Assembly: GCF_009914755.1 (NCBI RefSeq) | Contig: NC_060928.1 | Length of the DNA: 64,000 nt | Source of the DNA: the human T2T-CHM13v2.0 reference genome, Homo sapiens | Reading direction: 5' to 3' (one strand) | Shown: positions 49,847 to 62,669 of the stretch, one piece after another | Numbering within the stretch: position 1 is the first letter of the stretch | How the letters are laid out: every line of letters begins with the position of its first letter | Notes under the pieces: model-generated | Databases searched by the model: none | What the model was told of the DNA's origin: nothing | Seen by the model: the letters and a program-made list of their open reading frames with translations, nothing else | Position numbers and translations under genes: made by a program

Positions 49847-50239
49847 TCAGAAATACCTTACCTTTGGAACTCTAAGGTACCCGTACCAACTTTGAGCTCC
49901 TGTTAACACTCAACATCTGTGGGGCAAAATATTTATTGAGATGATTAGCGTTTTGTTGCTGCTGCTTAAAATATTCAAAAAGAATGAGGTCTTTTTGTGT
50001 TTTGGTCTTTGCACTTTTCCCTCTCTCTCCAAGGTCAGCAAACATCGCATCCCCTAACCTCAGGGGCCACACTTAATTCAGAAGGTGCTTGCAGGTGCTG
50101 AGGTCCCTTCTGGTTTTTGCAAAAATCCTCACTTTAGACAGGGCAGCCAACTCTCCAGGATGGTGGGGGGAAGAGAGCAGGGGTCCTTTGAAGGGGACAG
50201 AGGAGGAAGTGGCTCAGTACTAGAAAGAAATTATTGGAA

Positions 50240-50812
50240 AAGCTTCCTAAGTGGTCTCCCGGCTGCCGCTCTTGCCCTGTATACCATGACCCATATTTTA
50301 AAATGGAAATCGAATCACATCACACCTCAGCGCAGAATCCTTCTGTGGCTTCCACCTCCCTCCAAATAAAAGGTGGTGTTTGATCTGCCCCGGGGCCCTC
50401 ATCTCACTCCCAGCCAGGCCCCTCATCTCACTCCCATCTCGCTCTTCCCAGGCACACCTGCCGGCCGCTTCAGCCCCTTGGCTTCTGCAGGTCCCTTTCC
50501 CTCTGCCTAAAAGTCTCTGCTTCCAGACAGCCCCCAGTTGACTTTATCACCTGCTCTCCGCATTTGAGCAAAATGTGAGGCCCACCCTGACTTCCTCCTA
50601 ACACCCTCATCCCTCTTCCCTACTTTGCTTCTCTGTATCATCAAACTTTCAAATTTTGATACAATTCACTTATTTGTTTTATTTATTATCTGTCTCTCTG
50701 ACTTCTTGCCACTGAGCATCATCAGGGTGGGAATTTCTATTTTTCCCCCTTCTCTATCCTCAACCTGAAAGGTGGTGCCTGGCTTACAGTAGGCACTCAA
50801 CAAAGATTGGGG
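50240..50812 (+). mobile_element. L2 3' region
   Basis: 'agcttcctaagtggtctccc...aaatcgaatcacatcacacctc...tttattatctgtctctc...gtgcctggcttacagtaggcactcaacaaa'. Confidence 0.75.
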
Positions 50813-51401
50813 GAAGGAACAGAGGGAGGAACAGAGTGAAGGAGCAGGGAAGAACACTGAGATCTGAAGAGTAATGGGAATGTAAAGCCCCTCTTTTGCA
50901 GTCCTAAGGGAGGTTTCAGGACCTTTGAGGGATCTAGTCTCTGGACCCAAGGGTATTCAGGACTGAGCTCATTCCTATGCCTAAGTGGGGCACTGAGCCA
51001 GTAATGTCTCCAGGAGTTCAGGGACCATGCAACCCATTAGGGATAATCATGACATCAAGTAGGTCTCTCAAAACTATGCCTTCCGGAGATGAAATTCCAG
51101 GGAAGAGAAAGCAGAGGCCCAATAATCAGAGTAACATTGAATTTCCTCAGTGAACCTGAATTTCCCACCAGTATGTGAGATGGGAGGTTGAAGTCAGATT
51201 AAGACTGATTTAGCGAAGTTAAAAATATGACATTCCTTACGAAACCAATTAGTAAAATTTGTACCAGCTACATTATGTACTTGTCAAAAATACAGTGACC
51301 ATGTAAACAGTAAAAAATAGTCTGGTCCTGGTGGCCCACTTGCTAGTAGAGTGACTCTGGGCAAGTCACCTCTCTAAACATAAAGTATCTCATCTATAAA
51401 A

Positions 51402-51765
51402 TCAGTCAGGGTGTGCTACGTTACGCTGCAGTAACAAATCATCCCCAGCTCTCCATGTCCTGAAATATCAATGGGGGTGTTCCTTGATCATACTGATGTC
51501 CACCATGGGTCAGCTCGGGAGCTCTGTTCCTCGCATCAACAGGAGCTCAGGCTGGTAGGGCTTGTAAATTTCTGGTGGCTGTGCCAAAGGGAACATGAGT
51601 TCTAGAAGGCCTCTACGTGGCAATCAAGTGCCCCACTGCCACTTTAGCTCATAGTTCATGGCCAGAACTAGTCACAAAGCCCCACCCACCAATATGGGGA
51701 TCAGGAAGTGCCATGATACCATGTTCCAAGGGAGAAAAAGCCAGGATATATTTGGAAACACATTC
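51402..51765 (-). mobile_element. Old MaLR LTR (MLT1J/K/L-type) inserted in a MIR
   Basis: 'agtcagggtgtgctacgttacgctgcagtaacaaa...catggccagaactagtcaca...ggaagtgc'. Confidence 0.65.
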
Positions 51766-52354
51766 CATAGGGTAGGCATGAGGGTAAAATGGGACAATGC
51801 ATATACTGCATTTTGCAGTGCCTGATACATAAAATGTACACAATATTTGAAAACTATGAGTAGATATTATCGGATCCTGAGAGTTTTGAGGGTCAGGCTG
51901 AGATAAGACTCATCCTGTGCCCAATGCCTTAGCTCCTAATACCTCCTAATAGGCATTCCTTTAATAAATGTCATTAATTGAATTCACTAAACACTTGCTA
52001 TATTTCAGACAATAGATATTCCTTGCCCTCAAAGTTGTCATGGGGGAAAGGAGCATTAACATACATGATTCCTGCATAGCTACACTCCTGTGCCTACCCA
52101 AGCCTACATCACCAGTATTTACTAACATCTTCTATGTTTTAGGAAAGTGCTCTTCTAGACCTTTCACTTGTAGATACAGAAGTGAAAACAATAGAGTCCC
52201 TGCCCTCAGTGAACTTACATTCTAAGGAAAGATGAGGAGGCAGACTGTGAAAACTTACACAAACATCTTGGATATTCCAGTACTGAGCCAAGCAGAGGAA
52301 CCAGAACATGGAGACAACCAGAGACTGCAATGACATGTCTGTGTTTAAGAATCA

Positions 52355-52768
52355 TACACACCACGGAATACTATGCAGCCATAAAAAAGAATGAGTTCAT
52401 GTCCTTTGCAGGGACATGAATAAGCTGGAACCCATCGTTCTCAGCAAACTAACACAGGAACAGAAAAGCAAACACTGCATGTTCTCACTCATAAGTGGGA
52501 GTTGAAAATGAGAACATGTGGACACAGGGAGGGGAACATCACACACTGGGACCTATCATGGGGTTGGAGGCAAGGGGAGGGAGAGCATTAGGACAAATAC
52601 CTAATACATGCGATTCTTAAATCTTAGATGATGGGTTGATAGGTGCAGCAAACCACCATGGCACATGTATACCTATATAACAAACCTGCACATTCAGCAC
52701 ATGTATCCCAGAACTTAAAGTAAAATTAAAATTAAAATAAAATAAAACACAGGTTTCAAATGAAAAAA
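52355..52768 (+). mobile_element. 5'-truncated L1PA8-like 3' end inserted in an L2
   Basis: 'gagagcattaggacaaatacctaatacatgcg...tagatgatgggttgataggtgcagcaaaccaccatggc'; TSD AAGAATCA at 52347 and 52769; TT|AAGA endonuclease site. Confidence 0.93.
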
Positions 52769-53345
52769 AAGAATCAGAAGCAAAGTCGGTTTGACTAAAT
52801 CCTAGTGTACAAGGAGGAGATTGAGGATGGAGGAATCAGAGACAGGCATGGTCTTGTAGGCCAAGTAAGGAATTGAAATTTCATTTGAACTTTAGCAGAG
52901 AGCAAGTGCAGAGTGGGTGGTGTACAACTTCAGAAAAAATTAGCAGTGCATTAGCCAAGGTAAGTTTGAGATGCCTATAAAAATTCAAACAAAGCCATTA
53001 ATTGGATAAATACCAAATCTACATTCCAAAGGAGAATTAAGATCAGATATACAAAGCAAAGAGACCTTAACATATAAAGTCAGAATAAAATGTCTTTTCA
53101 GAGAACCTTGTCTGGCCTTCCTGGAGCACATACTGGCCAAAAACCTCAGTGTTGCTTACTTCAAATAATTAAAAAGTTTTTGCAGTTGAGAAGAGTTCTC
53201 TTGGACATGTCACTGCCAAATCACTCTATTGTTCCAAATAGTACATGCAGAATTTATGAGCAGAAACTTGAAAGATGATGAACATGGTCTACCATAAAGA
53301 TACATGGTTTTCAAAAAAGAGAAATTCAGCAATCTGAAGATGAAC

Positions 53346-53895
53346 TGTATCAGTGAGGATAGGCTAGGTTCTTCTGTGATAACAAGCAACATCCAAATAT
53401 TAGTGGTTTAAAGCAGCAGACATTTGGCTGGGCGCGGTGGCTCACACCTGTAATTGCAGCACTTTGGAAGGCCAAGGCGGGCAGATCACAAGGTCAGGAG
53501 TTCGAGACCAGCATGACCAACATGGTGAAACCGGCCTCTACTAAAAACACAAAAATTAGCCGGGCGTAATGGTGCTTGCCTGTAATCCCAGCTACTCGGG
53601 AGGCTGAGGAAGGTGGAGGTTGCAGTGAGCTGAGATTGAGCCACTGCACTCCAGCCTAAGCGATAGAGTGAGACTCTGTCTCAAAAAAAAAAAAAAAAAG
53701 TGGCAGAGATCTATTTTTTTGATCACACTACATGTCCATCAAGGTCAGCAGAGGGCTCTGCTAATCAGAGTTCACCCTGGGGACCAGGTTAATGAGGCAG
53801 CCACAGCCTCAAAGGTAGCCAGCTACAAGGAAGGGAGCTCAGGAGAGTCTTACCTAGCAATTGAATATTCCAGCCCAGAAGAAATACAATCCCTT
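53346..53895 (-). mobile_element. Old MaLR LTR (MLT1J/K/L-type) interrupted by an Alu
   Basis: 'tgtatcagtgaggataggctaggtt...aacaagcaacatccaaatattagtggtttaaa' resumes as 'tacatgtccatcaaggtcagcagagggctctgct'. Confidence 0.7.
53426..53696 (+). mobile_element. AluS (Sg-like) with a ~22-bp right-arm deletion
   Basis: 'gatcacaaggtcaggagttcgag'; 'gaggctgaggaaggtggagg' lacks 'agaatcgcttgaacc'; decayed TSD AAAGCAGCAGACATTT/AAAGTGGCAGAGATCT. Confidence 0.95.
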
Positions 53896-54004
53896 CCCAT
53901 TTCCTTGCATTTCTGTCTCTTGCTTCTCTTGCCACCGTGGTTTTACTGTATGTAACCATCAAAACCTTAAGGATTGGGGGAGAAATTTTTCACTAATATA
54001 TAAT

Positions 54005-54200
54005 TTATGATATCATTTAATTCTTACAACAAATCTACCAGCTAGTTGTTATCCTTCCCATTTTGCAGAGGTGGAAATGGAGGCATAGAGACATTCAGTA
54101 GCATGCCAGAGCTTCCCTCAACTAGTAGAAAGAGCAGCCAACATTTCAGGCCAGGCACAAATCCAAAGCCATTCTTATTTTTTCCACAACACCACACTGC
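54005..54200 (-). mobile_element. MIR SINE
   Basis: 'tatcatttaattcttacaacaa...cccattttgcagaggtggaaatggaggcatagaga'. Confidence 0.75.
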
Positions 54201-56810
54201 CATTTATGACCGCCTACTCTCCCTTTAAAATGAGTTAGCATTTTCACTCTGGCCAAGCCAAAAAAACAAGAGAGAGAGAGAGGGAACATTTTGTTTGAAT
54301 ACTATATTTGAATTAGAGAGAAAGAATAAATGTAGCAAATGTTGAATTGGCTCGATTTTCTTTGGTTGTCTTTGTCTGCTGTGAGGGATGGAGAAAAGAA
54401 GGCGCATAAAACACAGGACAGATAAGAGACCTCTGATATCTCTGGGGAAGCCTGCGCTTATTTTCAAAGATTCTGTTGGGATTCAGACATGTGTAGGCCA
54501 GCCCAGTCTGAAACTCATGTTTCATGGAGTTGATTCCTTATGAACCATAAAAGTTTTCACTTGTCCCCAGTGTTATTTGTAGAAATATGTATCAGAGAGA
54601 TTAGAAAATGATTATATATTCTTTTTACAAATGACCCCAATAAGCAGTCTGTTCTATTTCTCCATTAGGGCAGCGTATTGGGTTATGTTTCAAGTTCCTG
54701 CCAGTTGGGACTGCCTTCATGCAAAACTTTGCACAACTTTAGCTTTCAGCTGAAACACAGAAGGATCCATGTTGGTTCAGGAATCTGACTTAAACTTTTT
54801 ATAAATTCAGTGTATTGAGTTCAGTTTGTCATATTTATTTATGAACCATTTTCTGACACCTTGTTACAATTAATCTACACCCCTAATTACAACTTGAATC
54901 CTGAGAGAGAAGTCTAAACCATTTGGCCTGAGATGCCTGTGGCATACTCTGCTCTTTAATAAAGAAGCTCCATTTCTCAAGGCTCAGAGATGCCAAATTC
55001 CAAAACAAATGCCCCCAATTAGGGAAAATCTCCAGCGAAAAAAGGAGAGAATGTGGAAAAGAAATCATAAAGCTATAGCTCATAAACAGTTTAAACTACT
55101 TCTCTTTTATTTCCCAGCCCTACAAGCAGGCCTTTCTAATTCCCATTTACACATCAATAAAGCCAGGCTAAAAAATGAATGGTCGTGGATTGGAGCCCTC
55201 ACCAAAGGCAACTATCTCCTGTTCTGAGAAATACCTATCAGGTCTTTGAGCAGAGAGAATTTGTCTGTACAATATGAGGAGCAGCCCCTAACTTTCCAAA
55301 AGTGGTGCTAAACTGAGATCAAATCTGGACTACAGGTGAGTTATCCCATATTATAGAGGAAAGGAACTTTAGATACTATCACATCTCAGCTTCTTACCTT
55401 AACAAAAGGGGAAACTGAGGCCCAGAGAAGTGAAACGATATGCTCCCGCCCTTGCTTGTAACAAAGCTAGGCCTGAATCCAAGCGATCCACTTTTAGGAA
55501 AGAGCTTCAGGTGGAGGGTTAGTTCCCAGCCGTGACTGATTAACTTGAGTCTTTGACTAGTTCCCAACTCTCCGAGCCTAGGTGTCCTCACCTATAAGAT
55601 GGAGATAGTAACATTTACTCCATAAAACTCGTAGGGACATGAGAGATTTTTTTCCCTAGTGCACCCTTCATATTTCTGACATTCTAGTTACATGCAAGTG
55701 TAATATAGGTGTTACCGATAGTTTGCTTATGAGACTTTCTGCCTCACTAGACTGAGACAGTCTTAGAGAAGGTCTATTTCTTTCCTATTTGGGTCCCTGC
55801 CTCCGGCACAGGGCGTGTATTAGGTAGTCAAATAGCTGAATACATCAATCAATTAAATGACATATGCAAATTGCCCAGGACAGTGTCTGATAATTAGAAG
55901 TTACTTTATATAACTTCCCAGTTTTTCTTCTATTCTAATTTAAGACGCCCTGCTCTTTGCACTACATTAATCTGTCCCAGGTGCCCAGGTATAAAATTTC
56001 ATATGTATAATTGACCAAAGGCTCTTAACAGTGTTGAGAATAAATTTACATGTAGGTTACAATTAAATAAACATTTAAAGTAGATAGATCTAGCATAGTC
56101 TTTAATTTAGTCACATTTAATCAAAATAGACCAATCTAACTTACATGTTTTTTAATTAAGTAACATGTATTTTTATCTTAACTACAATTAATGACCATCG
56201 TCAACCTCACACTGATCCCCACTATGGGCTCTTTCCTGCCACAGCTCTCCCTGTCTGGGAGTTCATCTCTGCCTCTCCTTCACTTGCCCTCCAACACCAC
56301 CTGAATGATTCCAGTGAAGCTGGCCACCTAAGTGACATCCTCCAGCTCAGATGGGCTTTCTCTGAATTTCTATTGGGATCTTAGTTTATGTCCCCACGAT
56401 CTCCCATGTCTTTGTACATTTGTTAAGCATTTCTTTGACATCTACTTAAATGGTATTACATCGGTCTCACCTATCAAACTAGCTGCTAGGTTTCTCCAGG
56501 CCAAGAAAGTTTTCTCCTTCCCCTTTTCAGACCCTCTAGGCTCAGAGTAGCAAAGAAGTTCCGTTCTGTAAAACAAGTCTGATCAATCGGTAGGGGCTGT
56601 ATAGAGCTCCAGAATGCAAGAATCCAGGCTTAACAAAAAAATGCAGTGATTGATTAGCAATGTCTGATACAGAAACAGGACTAGAGAGCAGTGAAATTGT
56701 CTTGACTCATATTAAATGATAATTAGCCTAGAACTGAATGCATAGCTTGTAAATCAATCAATAAACATAGGCTTATGATAGCCTCCAAGTCTAGGAGACA
56801 TTCCCCAAAG

Positions 56811-56861
56811 ACACACACACACACATACACACGCACACATGTACACATACACACACACACA
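56811..56861. repeat. Interrupted (CA)n microsatellite
   Basis: About 50 bp of AC alternation. Confidence 0.9.
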
Positions 56862-57843
56862 GAGTGGCTTCAGAATTTGTTCATCCTACAAAAGGATAAT
56901 CCAGAATTTAAGTTATCTATTTTAAAGATCAAGAAACTGAAATAGAGAACCCCTACATTGATAGGCAAAAAACATTCAGATGGAATAGAGGTAAAGAATA
57001 TAACTCAATCATTGTCATTGTCCCTTAGCAACCAAGTTTGAAGCCAAATGTAAAAGAGGGAAGAGGGTATCTAGCGGAATCAGTAGTAACTGGTCTTTAT
57101 GTAGTTAACTGTGTAAAATAAAAATGGGAGTTTAAAAAACCATGAGGCTTTACTTTCTTCAGAGCAACATGGCAAGAATATCAATTGGGAGAACCAAGCC
57201 CCTCAGAGCTTCTCATCTTACCACGCCAGTATTCTAACAGATTTCCCTCTTCATCCCCACCATGAATGCCTTGGTCAGCTTCCCACCAAAAGCAAAACAA
57301 AAGAAAAGCTAGGCAGGAAGAAAAAAAGTGCATGGCTGTTCAAGTAGAAATTTAAGCTGCTGTGAGTGTGTGCTAAGTGAGTGATCACAGTGATGGGGCA
57401 CCATGAGTCGGAGCTGGCAATGCATTCTGGCTCCATCCTGGACCAAGGGGAGAGCAGGCGTTTTATGCATCCAGCCTAAGTCACGGGGTGCTTCACTCTG
57501 CGGGTGAGACTTTCGGTCTCCCGGCCTCCTGAAAATGAAGTGCTCGCTCTCAGGGGAGCCTCCAGACCTGCCTTGCCTGTAACTATATACACACACATTT
57601 CATTCCTGGCGTTACTGGTGCAACACTTTATGCTTGAATGTGAGTAGTTGAAATGTGTACCACTAGCTTTTAGATAAATTATTTCCTAAAAAAATAATAA
57701 CTCAAAAGAAAAAAATATCCTAAAAGAAGGCACTTCTAAATATTCCTCAATTCTGTTTTTCCTCCTTAGGATAAAGGGAATTAACTCTAGCTATCCTAAA
57801 GGGGGTTTAGCCAAGATGCCCAGCAATAGATTAATTAAAATCA

Positions 57844-58143
<300 letters not shown>

Positions 58144-58204
58144 AAAATCAATCATAGCTACCATTTTTAGGTCACAGACCCAGATGATTTGTCAATAAAT
58201 TTTA

Positions 58205-58530
58205 AATTTTTTTAATTCAAGCTTCATAGCAATCCCATGAGATGATTCTTATCACACCCATTTTACAGATCAGGAAATAGAAACAGAGACGAGTGACTCG
58301 TCCAAGGTCACACACCAGGGCCATACTAGGGTAAGGAAAGCAAGGCAGCTGAGTGCAAAATTAAAGGAGATATGCACCCTCAGTGTTGTGCAACGTTGTC
58401 ACCTGAGTGTGACCACCTTAAAATGTACATCCTACAAGTCCTCCTTGCCTCACCCTAGTGCTGTCCACATAACACAGTAGTGGCAGAGTTGGGATCCAAA
58501 CTAAGGTCCATCTGGTTCTAAAGCACTTGC
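58205..58530 (-). mobile_element. MIR split by MER91A
   Basis: 'cccattttacagatcaggaaa...tgactcgtccaaggtcacaca' resumes as 'agtagtggcagagttgggatccaaac...tctggttctaaagc'. Confidence 0.7.
58316..58469. mobile_element. MER91A palindromic hAT-Tip100 MITE
   Basis: 'cagggccatactagggtaaggaaag...' and '...cttgcctcaccctag'; decayed 8-bp TSD TCACACAC/TAACACAG. Confidence 0.8.
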
Positions 58531-59769
58531 TGACATCACCCCTCCTCTTGTAGGAACAAACAACTCTACCAATGATACTTGAATCCATAAGATAAGTCTC
58601 CACACCAGCACCCTTGAGACCTAAGACCACTGAAGGGGCTGCTTTAGTAACATGAACCCACCAGACTAGCATGGGGGGGTTTGGCAGGTTCACATCTTCA
58701 CACATGTACACATGTACACATATGGACATCAACATCACAAAAAGCCCTCCCCTGCTATAAGAGCACCAGGCATCAATGATGTCAGAGATCACGGGGTAAC
58801 CCAATATTTTAAAAGGAAAAACCATTTTCGTAACTGTTCCCAATATGAACAGGTGACTAAAAGAAATCTGCTCTACTTTTAGCCTAAGTAATTGATCAAA
58901 TTGTTCCCAGAGAATATAGTACACATTTTATGTCAATGTAGAAATCAAAAACAAAGTTATGATTCAATACTATGCCCAACTCCCTGGCCTCAGCTCTACC
59001 CTCCTCCTGGCTTAAGCCATAAAACTTCTAACTGGTCATTAGAATAAAACATGTTTGTTTGGAACAGTAAGGTTGACTGCCATGAATCTCAACATCATTT
59101 CTGTGGACCAGAGAAGGAAGAATAGCTTAGGCTTTTGCCTGCTAGAAAGCACTCCTCTCTGACCCGTTGGGAGTAGGGAGTTGGTTGGGGGAGAGGATGT
59201 GTGGGAATTCTACAATGTCTGAGTTTGTCAAAATTACTCCAATTATGAGAGATATTACCCAAAATTGTTCTTTTCCCTTGCCAGCCACAACTTCCCATTG
59301 TAATTTTCATTCTCCTCTGAAAAGCATTTTTACCAAAAATAAAATGATATATTTATTCTGAAAATGGGTATCAGCCAGATGTTGAATGTGATGCAGGCCT
59401 ATTGATCCTAATTGAGTTACCCTAATCCACATCTGTCAGAGCCACTGACCCCTGAAGACGGTAAAGACAGGGGTGAAGAAGGCAAACAGGGATGTGAGGA
59501 AAAACAAAGCTTTGATATACCACACGTTGGTGACATGCCAAACTTATAGCCTAGCAAAACTGACAGAGAAGCGGCCCTTAAATTTCTAACGCTGTTTGTT
59601 TCTTAGCTCAGCCTAAGAATACAATGAAATCATAATATTTCAGTTAAGGGTTCCATCATAAGTATTGTATTTCCATCCTCTGCAGCAAAAGAACAGAGAA
59701 CAGTGGAACTTGCACAGTAGAGAGGGTGACATTTTATCATTTTAATTCTTAAAGATTTATTTGAGCCCC

Positions 59770-59905
59770 AAAGCTCCTGAGCATAACCTGGGCATTGGTT
59801 AGAAATGCAGTCTTCTGGTCTCTACTCCAGACCAACTGAATCAGAGACTGAATTTTACCAAGATTCCCAGGTGGGTCATGTACATGTTAAGTCTGGGAAG
59901 TGTCA
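59770..59905. mobile_element. MER5-type hAT relic
   Basis: 'cataacctggg...ttagaaatgcag...ccagaccaactgaatcagag...caagattcccaggtg...gtacatgttaagtctgggaag'. Confidence 0.7.
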
Positions 59906-60067
59906 TGTTAACTCTAAGATCAGGGATGAAAAGGGAAGACATAATAAAAATAATAATAATCAGCCTACTGAAAATTATTATTTTCATAAATTTATTAAAG
60001 AGTTGTATCTGAATTGGTATCATCAGAACTGATAAGCTCTCAATAACAAAAACCCCTTGCCCTTTGC

Positions 60068-60310
60068 CTCAGACCATGAGCTCCTTACAGGCGGTGAAGG
60101 CATCTGTTTCATTTTGTACCCCTAGTTTCTAAGCCAAAGCACCTAGCACCCAGCACACAGCCAGTGCCAGATAAATATTTATTGAATAAAGAAGGAATGA
60201 ATGAATTAATTGCATACTTTTCAATCACTGAGCACTTATTCAACAAATATTTATGAAGCACCAACAAACTGAAATATTGTGTTAGGTATGAGGAACACAA
60301 AAGTGAATCC
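60068..60310. mobile_element. Two L2 3' ends, tail to tail (+ 60068-60205, - 60230-60310)
   Basis: 'agcacctagcac...ataaatatttattgaataaagaaggaatgaatgaa' followed by 'ttattcaacaaatatttatgaagcacc'. Confidence 0.75.
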
Positions 60311-60610
60311 TAAGCTTAATTTTATACTTTATATAATACACAGAAAGCACAGGCTTTGGGTTATACACAGCAAGAGGTGCATCCTACCCTTGTTACCACA
60401 TCAACTCCTATAGTTCTGTTTCATTATCTACAGAATGGAAGAAAATACTCCTTAGGGTCTTTGTGAAAAGTAAGACGATGTAGATAAAATGGTAAGTGTG
60501 TGCTTATCATGTGATATAAGCCCCCAAAATAGTAGCTATTCTCACTGATACCATGTGTTCCTCAAAAAACATTTTTAATCTTTTATCCCTTTGCAAAAAT
60601 AGATATGAGT

Positions 60611-61368
60611 CAAAGCGATCTACAAATTCAATGCAATCACTATCAAAATCCCAATGACACTTTTTACAGAAATAAAAAGAAAAATTCTAAAATTTGTGTG
60701 GAAACACAAAGACCCTAAATAGCCAAAGCAATCTTGAGGAGAAAAAAAAAAAAGCTGGAAGCCTCACACCACCTGATCTCAAAGTCTACTACAAAGCTGT
60801 AGTGAACAAAGCAGCATCTTAATGGCATAAAAACAAGACATATAGCTCAACAGAACAGAATTGAGAGCCCAGAAATAAATTTATACCTTTATGGTCAACT
60901 TATTTTTGACAAAGATGCGAAGAACAAACAATGGGAAAAGGACAGTCTCTTCAATAAATAATATTGGGAAAACTGGATATTCACATGTAAAAGAATACAA
61001 GTGGACCCTTATCTTACCCCATATACAAAAATTAAATCAAAATGAATTAAAGAGTTGAATATAAGACTTGAAACTGTAAAACTACTTATAAAATAGTAAA
61101 AAAAACCCGACATCAGTCCTAACAAAGATTTTTTTAGCTATAACCCCAAAAGTACAGGTAAAAAAAGCAAAAATAGACAAATGAAATTGCATAAAACTAA
61201 AAACTTCTTCACAGCAAAGGAAATAATCAATGAAGTGAAGAGATAGCTTAGAAAATGGAAGAAAATATTTGCAAAGCATACATCGGAACAAGGGGTTAAT
61301 ACTCAATATATTTAAAGAATGCAAACAACTCAATAGCAAGAAAACAACCCAATTAAAAAGTGGGCAAA
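60611..61368 (+). mobile_element. Older L1 (L1MA/L1PB-type) ORF2 fragment
   Basis: 'caaagcgatctacaaattcaatgcaatc.ctatcaaaat...atagccaaagcaatcttgag...ggaaaaggacagtctcttcaataaat...caattaaaaagtgggcaaa'; many stops. Confidence 0.88.
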
Positions 61369-61369
61369 C

Positions 61370-61894
61370 ATTCTAGCCCCACAGGAGACAGCGAATCTGC
61401 TCACACACCCCACACATTGCTACTACAAGCAGTATGTATGAAAGCCATTGCACAAAGATTCTCTATAACCAAGACACATATACAGAGTCTTTGCCACTGA
61501 AAGTACCTAGAGCTGAAACTAGATGACAATAAACTATAAGTCACATCCTCAGGGGAAAAAAAAATTTTAAACACCCAATAAAATCAAAAATAAATTTAAG
61601 AATAATTACAAGGAATAGTCTACCCACATAAGAAGAAACCAGAAAAAGTAATTCTGGCAATATGAAAAAATGCGGTTCTATAGCATCCCCAAAAGATCAC
61701 ATTAGCTCTCCAGCAGTGGATCCAAACCAAATGAAATCTTTGAAATACCAGAGAAATAATTCAAAAGGTTGATCATTAAGTTACTCAAGGTAATACAAGA
61801 GAAAGGTAAAAGCCAATATAAAGAAATTTTTTAAAATTCAGGATATGAATGAAAACTTTTCTAAACAGATAGACATTTTCAATAAAAACCATCA
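61370..61894 (+). mobile_element. L1PB/L1M-type 5' region and ORF1 start (degenerate)
   Basis: 'agaagaaaccagaaaa...attctggcaatatgaaaaaa...ccccaaaagatcacattagctctccagca.tggatccaaaccaa'. Confidence 0.7.
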
Positions 61895-62263
61895 GGGGAA
61901 GGGGCGCAGATGGCCGACTAGAAACAGTTGGAGTCGGAGGCTCCCACCAAGAAGAATGAAAATGGCAAGTGAATTCTGCACTGGCAACTGAGGTATCCAG
62001 GTTCTCTCATTGAGATGGACTAGGTGGTTGGTGCGACCCATGGAGAGAGAGGAAAATCAAAGGTGGTGCCATGGCCCACCCAGGAGCCACATGGGGCAAG
62101 GGGAGCTCCCACCCCCAGCCAAGGGAGGTGGTGAGTGATTATGCTACCTCACCCAGGAAACCATGCTTTTTCCACGGGTCTGTGCAACATACGGATCAGG
62201 AGATCTCCCTCATGGGGCCATGCCACAAGGGCCTTGGGATCCAAGCACAGAGCTGTGCAGATT

Positions 62264-62669
62264 GCTGAAGGCAAAGGGAATACAGAATGGGCAGTAGAAG
62301 AAGGTAGTCATCAATAGCAACTATGAACATGTGACCAGCTGCAGAAATGAGGACTATATATATCATGAATATTTCCTCCTTCTTTTATTAAAAACATGTT
62401 TGTGCATGTATACACTTGTCTTAAGAAAATATCTTCATTTTATTTCCTCTTCCTTTATCATGTGACATAAGTTTATTGACTTCATATAGGTATTTAAGTA
62501 TTGTTAACGTTCTGTAACAGTATTTGGGTTGGGGATTGCTGCAGTTCCAGTTGCATGAAGGATAGTTGTATCATGTTAGGCATAATTATGACCTTATTAT
62601 TGTCTTTATTTGAAGATTATGTATGATCGCAGGAGATGTGTATGGGTTCAAGTTGACAAGGGGTGGACT
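62264..62669 (+). mobile_element. HERV-L internal 3' end with polypurine tract
   Basis: 'gctgaaggcaaagggaatacagaatggg.agtagaagaaggtag...gaccag.tgcagaaatgagga' and PPT 'caaggggtggact' abutting the LTR. Confidence 0.85.

Noticed and set aside
50396-50436. 17-bp direct repeat CCCTCATCTCACTCCCA (period 24)
   Set aside because: Small local duplication within an L2 relic; no sign of function
57745-57772. Strong acceptor ttctgtttttcctccttAG|G
   Set aside because: No matching donor before the sense Alu
58418-58924. 168-aa minus-strand ORF
   Set aside because: Overlaps MIR/MER91A; no recognisable motif or exon structure
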